DNA of 64,000 nt from an uncultured delta proteobacterium (GCA_963739245.1 CAVTZP010000002.1:633-64632), one strand, 5' to 3'; positions 10,225 to 21,769 are shown, numbered from the stretch's first letter. The notes: generated by a model from the sequence alone, not told the origin. Program-made: numbers and translations.

Positions 10225-10623
10225 ATGAGCGTCTCTGACCCAATAGCTGATATGCTAACCAGAATACGCAACGCCGTTGCCGTGAGGCATGATTTTGTGC
10301 TGGTGCCATCATCAAGGATGAAACTGGCGATTGCCAAAATCCTCAAAGAGGAGGGGTTCGTCACTGATTACGAGGTGCTCAGGGGTAAGCCACACCGGGT
10401 AATTAAGCTCCACCTCAAATATGATGATAAAAATCAGCCCATCATCTCCGGCTTGGAACGGGTTAGTAAGCCGGGGCTGAGGGTATATGTGGAGCGGAAG
10501 GAGATCCCCAGGGTCCATAGTGGTCTGGGGGTGGCTATCCTTTCCACGGCTAAGGGTGTAATGACCGGGCAGCAAGCCTGGCGCCACAGGACTGGTGGTG
10601 AACTTCTATGCTATGTATGGTAA
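10225..10623 (+). CDS. rpsH: 30S ribosomal protein S8
   Basis: [29 protein letters not shown]. Confidence 0.99.
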   Translation: MSVSDPIADMLTRIRNAVAVRHDFVLVPSSRMKLAIAKILKEEGFVTDYEVLRGKPHRVIKLHLKYDDKNQPIISGLERVSKPGLRVYVERKEIPRVHSGLGVAILSTAKGVMTGQQAWRHRTGGELLCYVW

Positions 10624-10641
10624 AAGGTCACGGGGTGATAT

Positions 10642-11196
10642 ATGTCTAGGATAGGGCAGATGCCGATACCGGTGCCAGAGGGGGTAAAGGTGGGCTTTGA
10701 AAAGGACATGCTCACTGTAACCGGTCCTCGGGGGGAGCTTCGTCGCCGCTTCAACCCGGATATAGTTATTACCCTGGAGAATAATAACCTGATAGTATCG
10801 CGACCCAGTGATAGCAAGGTGCATCGCTCACTACATGGGCTGACGCGAAGCCTTTTAGCCAACATGGTGGAGGGGGTAACCAAAGGCTTTGACAAAAGCC
10901 TTGAGATAGTGGGGGTGGGCTATCGGGCGGAAAAGGTCGGGGATAAGCTAGTACTTCGTATCGGCTTTTCCCAGACGGTGGAGGTATCACCACTACCGGG
11001 GGTGTCCCTGAATGTGGAGGGAGCAACCCGCATCAAGGTGTCAGGTATTGATAAGGAGGTAGTGGGTGAGATGGCCGCCGAAATTCGGGCGATTCGTCCC
11101 CCTGATACTTACAAGGGCAAGGGGATTAGATATCTTGGAGAGCTAGTCCGTCTCAAGGCGGGCAAGGCCGGTAAGGCTATAGGTAAGAGGGAATAA
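10642..11196 (+). CDS. rplF: 50S ribosomal protein L6
   Basis: [40 protein letters not shown]. Confidence 0.99.
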   Translation: MSRIGQMPIPVPEGVKVGFEKDMLTVTGPRGELRRRFNPDIVITLENNNLIVSRPSDSKVHRSLHGLTRSLLANMVEGVTKGFDKSLEIVGVGYRAEKVGDKLVLRIGFSQTVEVSPLPGVSLNVEGATRIKVSGIDKEVVGEMAAEIRAIRPPDTYKGKGIRYLGELVRLKAGKAGKAIGKRE

Positions 11197-11561
11197 TGGC
11201 AAAACTTGAGCCAAGGTTAGCACGTAAGAGAAGACACAACCGGGTCAGAGCCAAGGTAATAGGCACGGAGCTAAGACCGCGGCTTTGCCTGTTTCGTAGC
11301 GTGAACCATATTTACGCTCAGGTGATTGATGATGCTAAAGGGTACACCCTCGCCTCCGCCTCAACCCTTGAGCCGGAGATTAAGGGCGAGGCTCAAGGCA
11401 AGGCAAAAACAGCTGAAGCCGAACTAGTTGGTTCATTGGTGGCTAAGCGGGCAATAACCAAAGGGATAAGCCAAGTGGTTTTTGACCGTGGTGGCTACAA
11501 ATACCATGGCCGGGTTAAAGCCCTCGCCGAGGCAGCTCGGCAGGCAGGATTGAAATTTTAG
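11196..11561 (+). CDS. rplR: 50S ribosomal protein L18
   Basis: [36 protein letters not shown]. Confidence 0.99.
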   Translation: MAKLEPRLARKRRHNRVRAKVIGTELRPRLCLFRSVNHIYAQVIDDAKGYTLASASTLEPEIKGEAQGKAKTAEAELVGSLVAKRAITKGISQVVFDRGGYKYHGRVKALAEAARQAGLKF

Positions 11562-11576
11562 GGAGTTTGAGGACAA

Positions 11577-12101
11577 GTGAAACCACCGATAAGCAAGATA
11601 GACGCTACGGAACTGACACTAAATGACAAGCTGATCTATATCAACCGGGTGACCAAGGTGGTGAAAGGCGGCAAACGCCTCAGCTTCAGCGCCCTGGTAG
11701 TAACCGGGGACGGCAATGGACACGTGGGCGTTGGAATGGGTAAGGCTAACACTGTCCCCGAGGCGATTAGCAAGGCTGGCGCCAGCGCCAAAAAGAGCCT
11801 GATTAAGATTCCCTTACTCGGGACGACCATCCCTCAGGAAATAAGGGTTAAATTCGGTGCCGCCAATGTCCTGTTAAAGCCGGCAGCACCAGGTACTGGC
11901 ATTATTGCCGGTGGCAGCATTAGGGCCGTGACTGAGGCCGCCGGCATCAAGGACATCCTGACCAAGTCGCTGGGCAGTTCAAATCGGATTAACACGGCTA
12001 AGGCGACGATGATCGCCCTTAGCCGCCTCAAGGACTCAAAAGAGGAGTTAGCCCGACGCAAGCCAGCCCCTCAGGTTGAGGAGGGGGTAAGTGGTGACTA
12101 A
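11577..12101 (+). CDS. rpsE: 30S ribosomal protein S5
   Basis: [43 protein letters not shown]. Confidence 0.99.
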   Translation: MKPPISKIDATELTLNDKLIYINRVTKVVKGGKRLSFSALVVTGDGNGHVGVGMGKANTVPEAISKAGASAKKSLIKIPLLGTTIPQEIRVKFGAANVLLKPAAPGTGIIAGGSIRAVTEAAGIKDILTKSLGSSNRINTAKATMIALSRLKDSKEELARRKPAPQVEEGVSGD

Positions 12102-12276
12102 ATTGCGTATCACCTGGATCAAAAGTGGCATTGGCTATGCCAAGACCCAGAAAAGAACACTAAAGTCTCTGGGGTTTAATCGGCTAAACCAGAGTGTTAT
12201 CCATGAGGACTCACCCTCAATCCGGGGTATGATTAACAAGGTGAGGCATCTGATTAAGGTGGAGGAAGAAGGCTGA
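12091..12276 (+). CDS. rpmD: 50S ribosomal protein L30
   Basis: [22 protein letters not shown]. Confidence 0.97.
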   Translation: MVTKLRITWIKSGIGYAKTQKRTLKSLGFNRLNQSVIHEDSPSIRGMINKVRHLIKVEEEG

Positions 12277-12740
12277 TGACGCTGGAAAAACTCTCCCCAG
12301 CCCTTGGCGCTAAAAAGAAAAGGAAGAGGGTAGGGCGGGGGAATGGTAGTGGACACGGCACCTACTCCGGGCGTGGTTGCAATGGGCAAAAATCTCGCAC
12401 CGGTAATAAGATGCGCCCTGGCTTTGAAGGCGGACAGCTGCCTCTAATCAAGCGCCTGCCAGAAAAGCGGGGCTTCGTCAATATCTTCAGGACAGAATAT
12501 AGCACGGTCAATATTGACCAGCTCGCCGTCTTTGAGCCAGGAAGCGAGGTAACGCCGGAGAAACTGCTAGATAGCGGGATAGTGAAATCTCTACGCCGCC
12601 CGATTAAGATTCTGGGGAATGGTGAAATTTCTCGTCCCCTGGTGATAAAGGCAAATAAGTTCTCGGCGGCAGCTAAAGCCAAGATAGAGGCCGCCGGGGG
12701 AAAAGCGGAGGAGGTTGGGCATGAGACCAAGGCCGACTAG
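12276..12740 (+). CDS. rplO: 50S ribosomal protein L15
   Basis: RVGRG.GSG.G...GRG..GQKSR, GFEGGQ.PL..RLP.KRGF. Confidence 0.99.
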   Translation: MTLEKLSPALGAKKKRKRVGRGNGSGHGTYSGRGCNGQKSRTGNKMRPGFEGGQLPLIKRLPEKRGFVNIFRTEYSTVNIDQLAVFEPGSEVTPEKLLDSGIVKSLRRPIKILGNGEISRPLVIKANKFSAAAKAKIEAAGGKAEEVGHETKAD

Positions 12741-14028
12741 ACCACGGCTTCTGCAGGCAATGATTGACGCCTTCACCCTGCCCGATTTAAGGCGGAGGAT
12801 TCTTATTACCTTTGGCATTCTGATAGTCTTCCGCTTTGTCGCTCATGTGCCTCTTCCCGGGGTAAACCTTCCCGCCCTGCAGGACCTGTTTCAGCGCAAT
12901 GCCCTACTGGGCATGCTTGACATGTTCAGTGGCGGCGCCATGAGGCAGCTTAGCGTGGCCGCGATGGGGGTTTACCCCTATATAACGGCGTCAATTGTTA
13001 TCCAGCTACTACTGCCTATCATCCCCCAACTGCAAGCCCTTTCTCAAGAAGGGGAGACGGGCAGGAACAAGATTAACCGCATTACCCACTGGCTGACTGT
13101 CCCCTTGGCCGGTCTTGAGGGCTATGGGCAGCTGGTCTACCTCCAGCGTGAAGGGGTCATCTCTTCTACTGCGGCACTGCCCATGGCAACCATGGTTATA
13201 TCCCTAATTGCCGGCACTATGTTCTTGGTGTGGCTGGGGGAGCGTATTACTGAGTACGGCATCGGCAATGGCATATCAATACTAATCTTTGGTGGTATCG
13301 TGGCTGGCTATTGGCAAACGGCGGGCCAGGTTTTCATGGCGGCGGGACAAGGGCAGTGGATAGGTACCGTTGTTTATATTCTTATGGCCATAGCCACCAT
13401 TGTCTTTATCGTCATCTTTACCGAGGCACACCGCCGCATCCCGGTCCAGTACTCGCGCAGCATCTTCCGCGGCGGTCGCATGTACCGGCAGTCCGGCTCA
13501 ACCCATATCCCGCTGCGGGTAAACACCGCCGGGATGATACCCCTCATCTTCGCCATGTCAATCGTTGTCTTCCCTGGCGTCGTTGCCAGCTATTTTGCCA
13601 ATCCGGCTACCGCCGATCCTAACATAGCTAATCATATTATGAATCTGTTTAACGCCAATGGCTTATTTTACTGGGTACTTTATTTTCTGCTGACAATTGG
13701 CTTTGCTTTCTTCTATACCATGATTATTTTTGAGCAGCAGGATTTGCCCAATACCCTACAGCGGCAGGGAGGGTTTATCCCCGGAATCAGACCCGGAGCC
13801 CATACCAAGGAATACCTTGACGGGGTGATAAGACGTCTTACCTGGGCAGGAGCCTTGTTTTTGGCGATAGTGGCGATAATGCCCTTCATTGCCCAGCGGA
13901 TTACTACCGTTCAGGGGATACAGCTATCCAGCATGGGCCTACTTATTGTGGTCGGTGTTGTCCTGGATACCATGAAGCAGATGGAAGCACAACTGGTAAT
14001 GCGCCGCTATGAGGGCTTCATCAAATAG
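12721..14028 (+). CDS. secY: Preprotein translocase subunit SecY
   Basis: Multi-TM; MG..PYITASI, WLGERIT.YGIGNG.S, RIPVQY, IPGIRPG..T; ATG 12721 after GGAGG. Confidence 0.98.
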   Translation: MRPRPTRPRLLQAMIDAFTLPDLRRRILITFGILIVFRFVAHVPLPGVNLPALQDLFQRNALLGMLDMFSGGAMRQLSVAAMGVYPYITASIVIQLLLPIIPQLQALSQEGETGRNKINRITHWLTVPLAGLEGYGQLVYLQREGVISSTAALPMATMVISLIAGTMFLVWLGERITEYGIGNGISILIFGGIVAGYWQTAGQVFMAAGQGQWIGTVVYILMAIATIVFIVIFTEAHRRIPVQYSRSIFRGGRMYRQSGSTHIPLRVNTAGMIPLIFAMSIVVFPGVVASYFANPATADPNIANHIMNLFNANGLFYWVLYFLLTIGFAFFYTMIIFEQQDLPNTLQRQGGFIPGIRPGAHTKEYLDGVIRRLTWAGALFLAIVAIMPFIAQRITTVQGIQLSSMGLLIVVGVVLDTMKQMEAQLVMRRYEGFIK

Positions 14029-14036
14029 GGAAAAAG

Positions 14037-14702
14037 ATGTATATTATCTTTCTGGGTGCTCCAGGGGCAGGTAAGGGAACACAGGCAACTAATGTAGCCC
14101 GGGAGCTTGGGTTGGTTCATATCGCCACTGGCGACCTGTTCCGTCAGGCGCTGGGAAAGGGAACTAAATTAGGCATAAAGGCTAAGTCTTATATGGAAAG
14201 GGGGGAGCTAGTCCCTAACCAGATAACAATAGCCATGACTCTGGAGCGTTTGTCAGCCCCAGACAGCAAAAGCGGGGCAATCCTTGACGGTTTCCCCCGG
14301 AACCTAGAACAGGCTGAGGCACTAGATAAGGCCTTAGCCGAGCAGGACAGGACTGTGGATAAGGTGATATATATTAAGGTCTCGGAAGAGGAGCTAATTA
14401 GGCGCCTAAGTGGGCGCTGGATTTGCCGCCAGTGCCCAACCCCATACCATATCATCAGTGCCCCCCCAAAGGTGTGGGGTAAGTGTGACAAGTGCGGCGG
14501 TGAGCTATATCAACGCCCCGATGATACTGAGGAAAGCATCAAAAAGCGGCTTGAGGTCTACTTTGCTGAGACAACCCCGCTAATTGATTATTACACCCGG
14601 GCAAGTAAGTTAGTGGCAGTAGATGGGGAGGGGGATGTGGCTGAGGTGGCAAGGAGAATAACCACCACCGTTAAGGGAGCGTCCATAGCTAGATGGGCAT
14701 AA
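14037..14702 (+). CDS. adk: Adenylate kinase with zinc-type LID
   Basis: GAPGAGKGTQA, LDGFPRN..QA, CRQC...CDKC, QRPDD. Confidence 0.98.
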   Translation: MYIIFLGAPGAGKGTQATNVARELGLVHIATGDLFRQALGKGTKLGIKAKSYMERGELVPNQITIAMTLERLSAPDSKSGAILDGFPRNLEQAEALDKALAEQDRTVDKVIYIKVSEEELIRRLSGRWICRQCPTPYHIISAPPKVWGKCDKCGGELYQRPDDTEESIKKRLEVYFAETTPLIDYYTRASKLVAVDGEGDVAEVARRITTTVKGASIARWA

Positions 14703-15457
14703 TTATTAAATCGGAGCGAGAGATTGCCACCATGCGCCAGGCAGGCAGGATTGTAGCTTCTGTTCTAAAGCTACTATGCCGGCAGGTGAGACTGGGAATG
14801 AAAACTAAAGAGTTAGACGTTATCGCGGCAAGAGAGGTGGAAAGGCTGGGGGCTAACCCCTCGTTTAAGGGATACCGGGGGTTCCCGGCTAACCTCTGCG
14901 TGTCAGTAAATGATGAGGTAGTGCACGGGATTCCCGGCGAGCGCATCTTACGCGATGGTGATATAGTATCCCTTGACGTGGGGGTGTCATTTATGGGTTT
15001 TCAGGGCGATGCTGCCGTTACTATCGGCGTGGGGAAAATCTCCCCGCTGGCTCAAGACCTTATCGCCACTACCGAAGGGGTACTAAAAGCCGGCATCGCT
15101 GCTGCCCGTGCCGGGGCAAGATTGGGGGATATTTCAGCTACCATGCAAAACCATGCCGAGTCAAAGGGCTATTCCGTGGTGCGTGATTATTCCGGTCATG
15201 GCATCGGGCGAGAGATGCATGAGGAGCCTCAGATACCTAACTTTGGGCTACGGGGGACGGGGCCGGTGCTAGAGAAAGGCATGACCCTTGCCCTTGAGCC
15301 TATGGTAAATGTGGGTGACTGGCGTATCCGGCCTGGCGATGACCACTGGACAGTGCTCACCGCCGATGGGAGCCTCTCCGCCCACTTTGAACATACCATC
15401 GCCCTTACTGACGGCGAAGCCGAGGTGCTTACGGCATGGGAAGGAGCTTATGCCTAA
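14693..15457 (+). CDS. map: Methionine aminopeptidase type I
   Basis: [42 protein letters not shown]. Confidence 0.98.
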   Translation: MGIIIKSEREIATMRQAGRIVASVLKLLCRQVRLGMKTKELDVIAAREVERLGANPSFKGYRGFPANLCVSVNDEVVHGIPGERILRDGDIVSLDVGVSFMGFQGDAAVTIGVGKISPLAQDLIATTEGVLKAGIAAARAGARLGDISATMQNHAESKGYSVVRDYSGHGIGREMHEEPQIPNFGLRGTGPVLEKGMTLALEPMVNVGDWRIRPGDDHWTVLTADGSLSAHFEHTIALTDGEAEVLTAWEGAYA

Positions 15458-15668
15458 GAAGGAGGCTATTGAGGTTGAAGGGAAGGTAACCGAGCCATTG
15501 CCTAATGCCATGTTTCGTGTTGAGTTGGCTGACGGGCATAAGGTGCTGGCTCACATCTCGGGCAAAATAAGATTACACTATATCAGAATCCTACCCGGTG
15601 ATAAGGTCTTGGTCGAGCTTTCTCCCTATGACCTGAGTCGGGGCAGGATTACTTATCGGTTTAAGTAG
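15450..15668 (+). CDS. infA: Translation initiation factor IF-1
   Basis: [42 protein letters not shown]; ATG 15450 after AAGGAG. Confidence 0.98.
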   Translation: MPKKEAIEVEGKVTEPLPNAMFRVELADGHKVLAHISGKIRLHYIRILPGDKVLVELSPYDLSRGRITYRFK

Positions 15669-15682
15669 TACGGGGGCTAATT

Positions 15683-15796
15683 ATGAAAGTAAAGGCTTCG
15701 GTTAAGGTTAGATGCGAAAAGTGCAAGGTGATAAAGCGGCGTGGGGTGGTTATGGTCATCTGTTCCAACCCGAAACATAAGCAGAGGCAGGGATAA
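15683..15796 (+). CDS. rpmJ: 50S ribosomal protein L36, zinc-binding
   Basis: Read by hand (below ORF-track cutoff): [37 protein letters not shown]. Confidence 0.98.
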   Translation: MKVKASVKVRCEKCKVIKRRGVVMVICSNPKHKQRQG

Positions 15797-15814
15797 CTAG
15801 TAAGGAGGATTTAG

Positions 15815-16204
15815 ATGGCGCGTATCGCCGGGATAGATATACCCAAAAATAAGCAAATTTTAATCTCATTACAGTATATCTACGGCATTGGTCCTACCTT
15901 GAGCCGGAAGATTCTAGAACAAGCCAGTGTTAATCCATCGACTGTAGTAAGCAAACTGGCTGAGGAGGAGGTCAATCGCATCCGGGAGGTTATTGACCGT
16001 GGGTATCATATTGAGGGTGAGCTACGGAAAGAGGTTGACCTCAACATTAAACGCCTTATTGAGATTGGCAGCTATCGGGGCACCAGGCATCGGCATGGTT
16101 TGCCGGTTAGGGGGCAGAGAACCAGAACCAATGCTCGCACCAAGCGTGGTCCCCGTAAGACAGTAGCCGGTAGAGGGCAGAGGCGAGGCACAACCAAGAA
16201 GTAA
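15815..16204 (+). CDS. rpsM: 30S ribosomal protein S13
   Basis: [38 protein letters not shown]. Confidence 0.99.
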   Translation: MARIAGIDIPKNKQILISLQYIYGIGPTLSRKILEQASVNPSTVVSKLAEEEVNRIREVIDRGYHIEGELRKEVDLNIKRLIEIGSYRGTRHRHGLPVRGQRTRTNARTKRGPRKTVAGRGQRRGTTKK

Positions 16205-16229
16205 GGGGTTATAATTAAGCGGAGGTAAA

Positions 16230-16622
16230 ATGCCAGAGAAGAAGAAAACCAGGACGAGAAAGCGGGAACGCAAGTCCATCCCCGCCGGCAGGGCCTATAT
16301 CCAGGCTACCTTTAATAATATCATCGTGACCCTCACCGACCCTCAGGGTAATGTTATTGCCTGGGGAAGTTCAGGTACCGTCGGGTTTAAGGGTTCACGC
16401 AAGGGCACTCCCTATGCTGCTCAACTGGCAGCCCGCGATGCCGCCCGAAAAGGGATGGAGCATGGCTTACGCCAGATAGAGGTTTATGTTAAGGGAGCGG
16501 GCGGTGGACGGGAGGCGGCTATCCGTTCCCTCCAGGCTTCAGGGCTGACTATTACCAGCATTAGGGATATGACCCCAATCCCACATAATGGTTGTCGTCC
16601 GCGTAAGAGGAGGCGGGTGTAA
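16230..16622 (+). CDS. rpsK: 30S ribosomal protein S11
   Basis: [36 protein letters not shown]. Confidence 0.99.
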   Translation: MPEKKKTRTRKRERKSIPAGRAYIQATFNNIIVTLTDPQGNVIAWGSSGTVGFKGSRKGTPYAAQLAARDAARKGMEHGLRQIEVYVKGAGGGREAAIRSLQASGLTITSIRDMTPIPHNGCRPRKRRRV

Positions 16623-16626
16623 ACAG

Positions 16627-17253
16627 ATGGCAAGGTATGCAGAAGCAGTTTGCCGACTATGTCGGCGTAGCGGTGATAAATTAATGCTCAAGGGGAGCCG
16701 GTGTTTCACCCCTAAATGTGCGCTGGAGCGGCGGGGGAAACCACCGGGGCACCAGCCCATACGGCGTCGGCGGCTCTCCGACCGCGGGGTACAACTTCGG
16801 GAGAAGCAGAAAGCCCGCTACAGTTATGGAATCCTAGAAAGACAGTTCCGGCGATTCTTCAGCCTGGCAGGGAGTCAGGCCGGCATCACCGGTGAAAACC
16901 TGCTGGTGCTGCTGGAGAGGCGGCTGGACAATCTCGCCTATCGCCTGGGCTTCGCTGACTCCCGCTCGCAAGCCCGCCAGCTCGTACAACATGGGCATAT
17001 TCTGGTCAACGGGCAGAAGGTAGATATCCCCTCCTATCTGGTCAAGGAGGGTGACACCATTAGTTGGAGGGAAGCCAGTACCAAGAGCAGTTATTATGAG
17101 CAAATGGTCCAAGGTTTGGAAGCTAAGGTTATTCCAGGCTGGTTGAGCTTGGACAAGGAGAAGGGCGTTGGCCAGGTTATATCCCTGCCCACTCCGTCTG
17201 ACATTGAGGCTAAATTTGAGTGGCAGAGCATAGTTGAGTACTACTCGCGATAA
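16627..17253 (+). CDS. rpsD: 30S ribosomal protein S4
   Basis: MARY...VCRLCRR, QLREKQK, LERRLDN..YRLG, ARQLV.HGH. Confidence 0.98.
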   Translation: MARYAEAVCRLCRRSGDKLMLKGSRCFTPKCALERRGKPPGHQPIRRRRLSDRGVQLREKQKARYSYGILERQFRRFFSLAGSQAGITGENLLVLLERRLDNLAYRLGFADSRSQARQLVQHGHILVNGQKVDIPSYLVKEGDTISWREASTKSSYYEQMVQGLEAKVIPGWLSLDKEKGVGQVISLPTPSDIEAKFEWQSIVEYYSR

Positions 17254-17270
17254 GTTGAGGAGGTGGCACC

Positions 17271-18239
17271 TTGTCCCATCTAGCCGTAGCTAAGATTGAG
17301 TGTATTGAAAGTAAGGATAACTTTGGACGCTTCAGGGTTGAGCCGCTGGAAAAGGGCTTTGGCATTACCCTGGGCAACACCCTGCGGCGAGTTTTCCTTG
17401 GCTACCTTCCCGGCGCGGCAGTGGCTCGGGTTAAGATTGAGGGAATTCAGCATGAATTCTCCACTATACCGGGGGTAAAGGAAGACGTCACCGAATTTCT
17501 ACTCAACGTTAAGGCGCTGAGGTTAAAACCCCTTTCCGATCAACCGGGTAAGCTGATACTGAAGGTGGAGGGGGAGGGGCGAGCTTGTGCCGCTGATATT
17601 GAGCCATCAACCGACTTTGAAATTGCCAACCCTGAGCTTTATCTGGCCACCTTAGATTCGGCTAAGGCCAAACTTTATGTTGAGTTTGATATTGAACTGG
17701 GTGAAGGTTATCGCGAGGCTGAGCCCAGTGATAACCTGCCGATAGGGGTGATTCCAGTAGATGCCATCTTTACCCCAATACGCAAGATTAATTTTACCGT
17801 TGAGCCAACCCATATCAGCCGGGAGACAAGCCATGAGCGGCTGGAGCTGGAGGTATGGACCGATGGCACCATCTCACCGGTAGAAGCCATCAGCCAGGGG
17901 GCCAGGATTTTAACCGAGCAGCTAACTCCATTTATTGATTATGCCAAGGTTTCCCGCATTGAGGCAGAAAAGCAGCTTGTTCGCGCCTCCATCCCTGATG
18001 AAAAATATAATATGCTGGTGGAGCAACTAGAGCTGTCGGTGCGCACCATGAATTGCCTGAGGCGGGGTGGCATCACCACCGTAGGCGAACTAATAAACAA
18101 GGGGGATAAGGACCTGCTCTCACTACATAATTTCGGGCAGAAGTCGATGCAAGAGGTAAAGGAGCGGCTCAAGGCACTGGACTTATCCCTTGCTCCTCTC
18201 AGTGAGGGAGAGAGCCAGACGGAGGAGCAAGCGACATGA
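17271..18239 (+). CDS. rpoA: RNA polymerase alpha subunit
   Basis: [46 protein letters not shown]; TTG start. Confidence 0.99.
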   Translation: MSHLAVAKIECIESKDNFGRFRVEPLEKGFGITLGNTLRRVFLGYLPGAAVARVKIEGIQHEFSTIPGVKEDVTEFLLNVKALRLKPLSDQPGKLILKVEGEGRACAADIEPSTDFEIANPELYLATLDSAKAKLYVEFDIELGEGYREAEPSDNLPIGVIPVDAIFTPIRKINFTVEPTHISRETSHERLELEVWTDGTISPVEAISQGARILTEQLTPFIDYAKVSRIEAEKQLVRASIPDEKYNMLVEQLELSVRTMNCLRRGGITTVGELINKGDKDLLSLHNFGQKSMQEVKERLKALDLSLAPLSEGESQTEEQAT

Positions 18240-18586
18240 GGCACAATGTAGCCGGGAGAAAACTGGGGCGGACCTCGGCTCACCGCAAGGCGCTGTATCG
18301 CAACCTGGTGACCGACCTGCTAAAGCATGAGAAGATTACCACCACCGAAGCCAAGGCTAAGGAAATACGCAGCCTGGCGGAGCAGATGATTACACTGGGT
18401 AAGAATGGAGAGCTCCGCTTCCGTCGCCAGGCACTATCATTTATTCTGGATGAGAAAGTAACGGAGAAGGTATTTACTGAGCTTGCTCCAAGGTATGCTG
18501 AGCGCCACGGCGGCTATACCCGCATCATCAAGTTAAGACCAAGACTGGGCGATGGGGCACCTATAGTTAAAATTGAGCTGGTATGA
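18236..18586 (+). CDS. rplQ: 50S ribosomal protein L17
   Basis: MRH...[30 protein letters not shown]. Confidence 0.99.
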   Translation: MRHNVAGRKLGRTSAHRKALYRNLVTDLLKHEKITTTEAKAKEIRSLAEQMITLGKNGELRFRRQALSFILDEKVTEKVFTELAPRYAERHGGYTRIIKLRPRLGDGAPIVKIELV

Positions 18587-19359
18587 AGATGACCAAGATT
18601 GTATTGGTTATAGAGTATAATGGCACACACTACCATGGCTTCCAGTGGCAGGCTGGCTTACCCTCCGTTCAGAGGGAGGTGGAGAAAGCCATAAAGAGCC
18701 TTAGTGGGGAGAGACGCCGGGTGATTGCGGCCAGCCGAACCGACGCTGGAGTTCACGCTGAGGGGCAGGTAGTCAGCTTCAGAACCGAGTCCTCCCTTCC
18801 CACCCAAACATTTATTAATGGCCTAAACTACTATCTACCCCGGGATATCGCAGTAAAGGCAGCATATAGAGTGGATGATTCAGTTAATGTCAGGCGTGAT
18901 GCCATTAGCCGGGAATATAGCTACTACATATTAAATAGCCCCACCCGCTCTCCAATGAGACAGGGCTTTTCTTACTTTGTTACCAGCCCTCTGGATATTG
19001 AAGCGGCCAATCGGGCAGCTCAGGCTCTCATTGGCGAGCATGACTTCGCCCCATTTGTCAGCGGCAACGGGACGAGGATAAGGAGCACGGTGAAGCACGT
19101 GTTCAAAGCCAATTTGGAAAGAAACGGGGAATTGGTTATTTTCAATATGGTGGCTAACTCCTTCCTGCCTCATCAGGTTCGTAATACGGTTGGTACCCTA
19201 ATCAGGGTTGCCTTGGGCAAGATGAGCGTTGATGAATTTAACAGCATAATTGAGACGAAAAAGCCAGGGATGGTTGGACCGACTGCCCCCGCCTGTGGGC
19301 TATGTCTTACCCGGATAAATTACACCAATCACTTCAGGAGGAATAATGAAAACCTATAG
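18583..19359 (+). CDS. truA: tRNA pseudouridine(38-40) synthase
   Basis: [42 protein letters not shown]. Confidence 0.97.
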   Translation: MKMTKIVLVIEYNGTHYHGFQWQAGLPSVQREVEKAIKSLSGERRRVIAASRTDAGVHAEGQVVSFRTESSLPTQTFINGLNYYLPRDIAVKAAYRVDDSVNVRRDAISREYSYYILNSPTRSPMRQGFSYFVTSPLDIEAANRAAQALIGEHDFAPFVSGNGTRIRSTVKHVFKANLERNGELVIFNMVANSFLPHQVRNTVGTLIRVALGKMSVDEFNSIIETKKPGMVGPTAPACGLCLTRINYTNHFRRNNENL

Positions 19360-19783
19360 CCCCAAAGCCTCCGAGATTAAGCGTCAGTGGCATGTGATTG
19401 ATGCCTCGGACAAGATTCTGGGCAAAGTCGCTACCCAGGCGGCTAGTTTGCTCATGGGCAAGCATAAGCCAATATTCAGTCGCCATCTGGATACCGGCGA
19501 TTTTGTTGTCATTACCAACGCCGAAAAGGTTCAGGTTACTGGCAATAAGACTAAACAGAAGCTATACTATAGACATTCAGGATATCCCGGGGGACTTAAG
19601 AGCATCAGCCTGGATAAACTATTACAGACTGACCCTACCCGGGTGATTGAATACGCCGTCAAGGGGATGTTGCCCAAAAATCGTCTCCGGGCGGGCATGA
19701 TGAAACGGCTCAGGGTCTATGCCGGTGAGGCTCACCCTCACCTAGCTCAGACCGAGACTAGTGCAAAGGGGGCTGAGAATTAG
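19346..19783 (+). CDS. rplM: 50S ribosomal protein L13
   Basis: W.VIDA....[30 protein letters not shown]. Confidence 0.99.
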   Translation: MKTYSPKASEIKRQWHVIDASDKILGKVATQAASLLMGKHKPIFSRHLDTGDFVVITNAEKVQVTGNKTKQKLYYRHSGYPGGLKSISLDKLLQTDPTRVIEYAVKGMLPKNRLRAGMMKRLRVYAGEAHPHLAQTETSAKGAEN

Positions 19784-20188
19784 GTGGTTCAAACGGAAAA
19801 GCAAAACTATTCTAAAGGCACAGGTAGACGTAAGACGTCAGTAGCTCAGGTAAAGCTGATGGCGGGGACGGGCGAGATTATCGTCAATGGCACCCCCTAT
19901 CAGGAACTATTCCCCTACCTTGAGCACCGCCGAATAATACTGGAGCCGCTTTTAGTCACGGAAAACCTGGGCAAGTATAATGCCGTGATTAAGGTAAATG
20001 GGGGTGGCATATCAGGGCAGAGTGGTGCCATCTCTCACGGTATTGCCCGAGCCCTGGTAGCGGCTGATGAGAGCCTTAAGCCGACGCTGCGCCAGCACGG
20101 CCTGCTGACCAGGGACTCGCGGGCCAAAGAGAGAAAGAAAGTCGGGCTCAAGCGGGCGCGCAAGGCACCTCAATACACCAAGCGATAG
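19784..20188 (+). CDS. rpsI: 30S ribosomal protein S9
   Basis: GTGRRKTSVA.V, GGG..GQ.GA, LTRD.R.KERKK.GL..ARK..QYTKR. Confidence 0.99.
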   Translation: MVQTEKQNYSKGTGRRKTSVAQVKLMAGTGEIIVNGTPYQELFPYLEHRRIILEPLLVTENLGKYNAVIKVNGGGISGQSGAISHGIARALVAADESLKPTLRQHGLLTRDSRAKERKKVGLKRARKAPQYTKR

Positions 20189-20255
20189 CTCTCCAGGCTA
20201 GTTCAGATAGACTGGTGGCAGAGACTATCACCTTTTGCTCCCCTTTTTTATTCTC

Positions 20256-20284
20256 TTGACGCCTCATTATGAAGCAGATATAAT
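20256..20284 (+). promoter_or_regulatory. sigma70-type promoter of the tRNA Leu-Arg-Val cluster
   Basis: TTGACG (20256-20261), 17 bp spacer, TATAAT (20279-20284). Confidence 0.85.
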
Positions 20285-20298
20285 CCCGTTGTATCTAT

Positions 20299-20381
20299 GC
20301 CGAAGTGGCGGAATGGCAGACGCGCTACGTTCAGGGCGTAGTGTCCGAAAGGATGTGGGAGTTCAAATCTCCCCTTCGGCA
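20299..20381 (+). tRNA. tRNA-Leu (CAG)
   Basis: Cloverleaf with long variable arm; anticodon arm CTACG-TTCAGGG-CGTAG; CCA not encoded. Confidence 0.97.
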
Positions 20382-20390
20382 CATTCTTGG

Positions 20391-20464
20391 GCGCTTGTAG
20401 CTCAACTGGATAGAGCGCAGCCCTGCGGAGGCTGAGGTTGTGGGTTCGAGACCCGCCAAGCGCA
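20391..20464 (+). tRNA. tRNA-Arg (GCG)
   Basis: Acceptor GCGCTTG/CAAGCGC; anticodon arm CAGCC-CTGCGGA-GGCTG; GGTTCGAG T-loop. Confidence 0.95.
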
Positions 20465-20470
20465 CTACTT

Positions 20471-20547
20471 GGGCGGTTAGCTCAGTTGGTTAGAGCACCT
20501 GCTTTACACGCAGGGGGTCAGAGGTTCAAGTCCTCTACCGCCCACCA
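20471..20547 (+). tRNA. tRNA-Val (TAC)
   Basis: Acceptor GGGCGGT/ACCGCCC; anticodon arm CCTGC-TTTACAC-GCAGG; encoded CCA. Confidence 0.97.
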
Positions 20548-20622
20548 TAGTGTACGGTAGATAGAACTTTTTCTTTTCAGCGGATAAAGATTCTCCTCTC
20601 TCTGGCTGTTTCATCACCGTAG

Positions 20623-21621
20623 TCAGTCTGGAATTGGATAGCGAACTGGCTGAAAACACCCACTTGTCCCAAGACGCCGCGTTAGCTCTCCGGCGTCATG
20701 GACTATTCGGTCTATAAGCTCTTTTACCGTAGGGATGTCTCTGATCAGGCCCACAGATTGGCCGCAATGGACCAGCCCTTTCTCTATGTCTCCCGTTTCA
20801 AAGACCTCTTTCTCTCCCCGCCCTGATAGGAAAGGTCTTAACTCCTCCAACTTGGCTCCCTGCCGTTCCATATCGGCTACTTTCTGGGCGATGCTATTCC
20901 TGAGCACCCGCGCTGTGTTTCGCAAGGTTCGTTGCAAGAGCATGGTATCTCTTTCAGAACATTGGATGAGCCACTCCTTAACCTTCGGATGGAGCGCACA
21001 CTCTTTGGTACCCATGAAGCGAGTGCCCATCAGCACTGCCTCAGCACCCAGCGCAAGTGCGGCTACTAAACCTCGCCCATCCCCAAAGCCCCCGGCAGCA
21101 ATAACAGGAATGCTCACCGCATCACGAGTAAGGGGAATAAGGATAAGAGAAGTCACATCCTCCTCACCGGGGTGCCCACCGCATTCGTAGCCATCAATAA
21201 TAACCGCGTCGCATCCAATCATTTCTGCTGTTCGGGCAAAACGGACGGCAGTGCATTTGTGCAGAACCTTAACCTTTGCTTCCCTTAAGCGCTGCATATA
21301 GGGTTTGGGGCTCCTCCCCGCAGTCTCCACAACCCTGACCCCTTCCGCAATAATAACATCGAAGAACTCTTCCACATTAATCGGCCGAATAGTCGGGAGC
21401 AAAGGGATGTTGACACCAAAGGGCTTGCTGGTGAGGCCTTTAGTTTTCCGGATTTCGCTAGCCAGCTCGCCAGCGGTGGGAAAGGTAATGGAACTGAGGA
21501 TACCCAGCCCGCCAGCATTAGAGACAGCCGCGACCAGCTCGGCCCGGGCCAGCCAAAGCATTCCTCCCTGGAGAACGGGATATTCTATCCCCAGCGTCTG
21601 TGTAACCCGTGTCTCAAACAT
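20623..21621 (-). CDS. Nitronate monooxygenase / FabK-like FMN oxidoreductase (2-nitropropane dioxygenase family)
   Basis: YPVLQGGM, AAVSNAGGLG, DGYECGGH, IPVIAAGG..DGRG, GAEAV.MGTRF. Confidence 0.88.
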   Translation of the reverse strand: MFETRVTQTLGIEYPVLQGGMLWLARAELVAAVSNAGGLGILSSITFPTAGELASEIRKTKGLTSKPFGVNIPLLPTIRPINVEEFFDVIIAEGVRVVETAGRSPKPYMQRLREAKVKVLHKCTAVRFARTAEMIGCDAVIIDGYECGGHPGEEDVTSLILIPLTRDAVSIPVIAAGGFGDGRGLVAALALGAEAVLMGTRFMGTKECALHPKVKEWLIQCSERDTMLLQRTLRNTARVLRNSIAQKVADMERQGAKLEELRPFLSGRGEKEVFETGDIEKGLVHCGQSVGLIRDIPTVKELIDRIVHDAGELTRRLGTSGCFQPVRYPIPD

Positions 21622-21739
21622 GGTCCCTCTTTTTTCTTGCCAATTTGATAACCTATCTTAATGACCAATTATAATCGGTGCCAAACTCGGGCACAACCAT
21701 TTGAACAAAGCGTTGGGCAGTGGCGAGTGCCGGATTAAC

Positions 21740-21769
21740 TTGACAAAGAACCGAGACGGCGGCTATCAT
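21740..21769 (+). promoter_or_regulatory. Candidate promoter of molybdoenzyme operon 1
   Basis: TTGACA (21740-21745), 18 bp spacer, TATCAT (21764-21769). Confidence 0.55.

Noticed and set aside
759-19646. Many antisense or alternate-frame ORFs across the ribosomal operon (e.g. 8650..9216, 6644..7018, 2880..3464)
   Set aside because: Shadows of highly conserved genes on the other frame or strand
20205-20250. Rho-independent terminator after rpsI
   Set aside because: Stem is short and interrupted (GATAG..CTG/CAG..CTATC) and the U-tract is offset; not supportable with confidence
20235-20435. 66-aa ORF
   Set aside because: Overlaps the tRNA promoter, tRNA-Leu and tRNA-Arg
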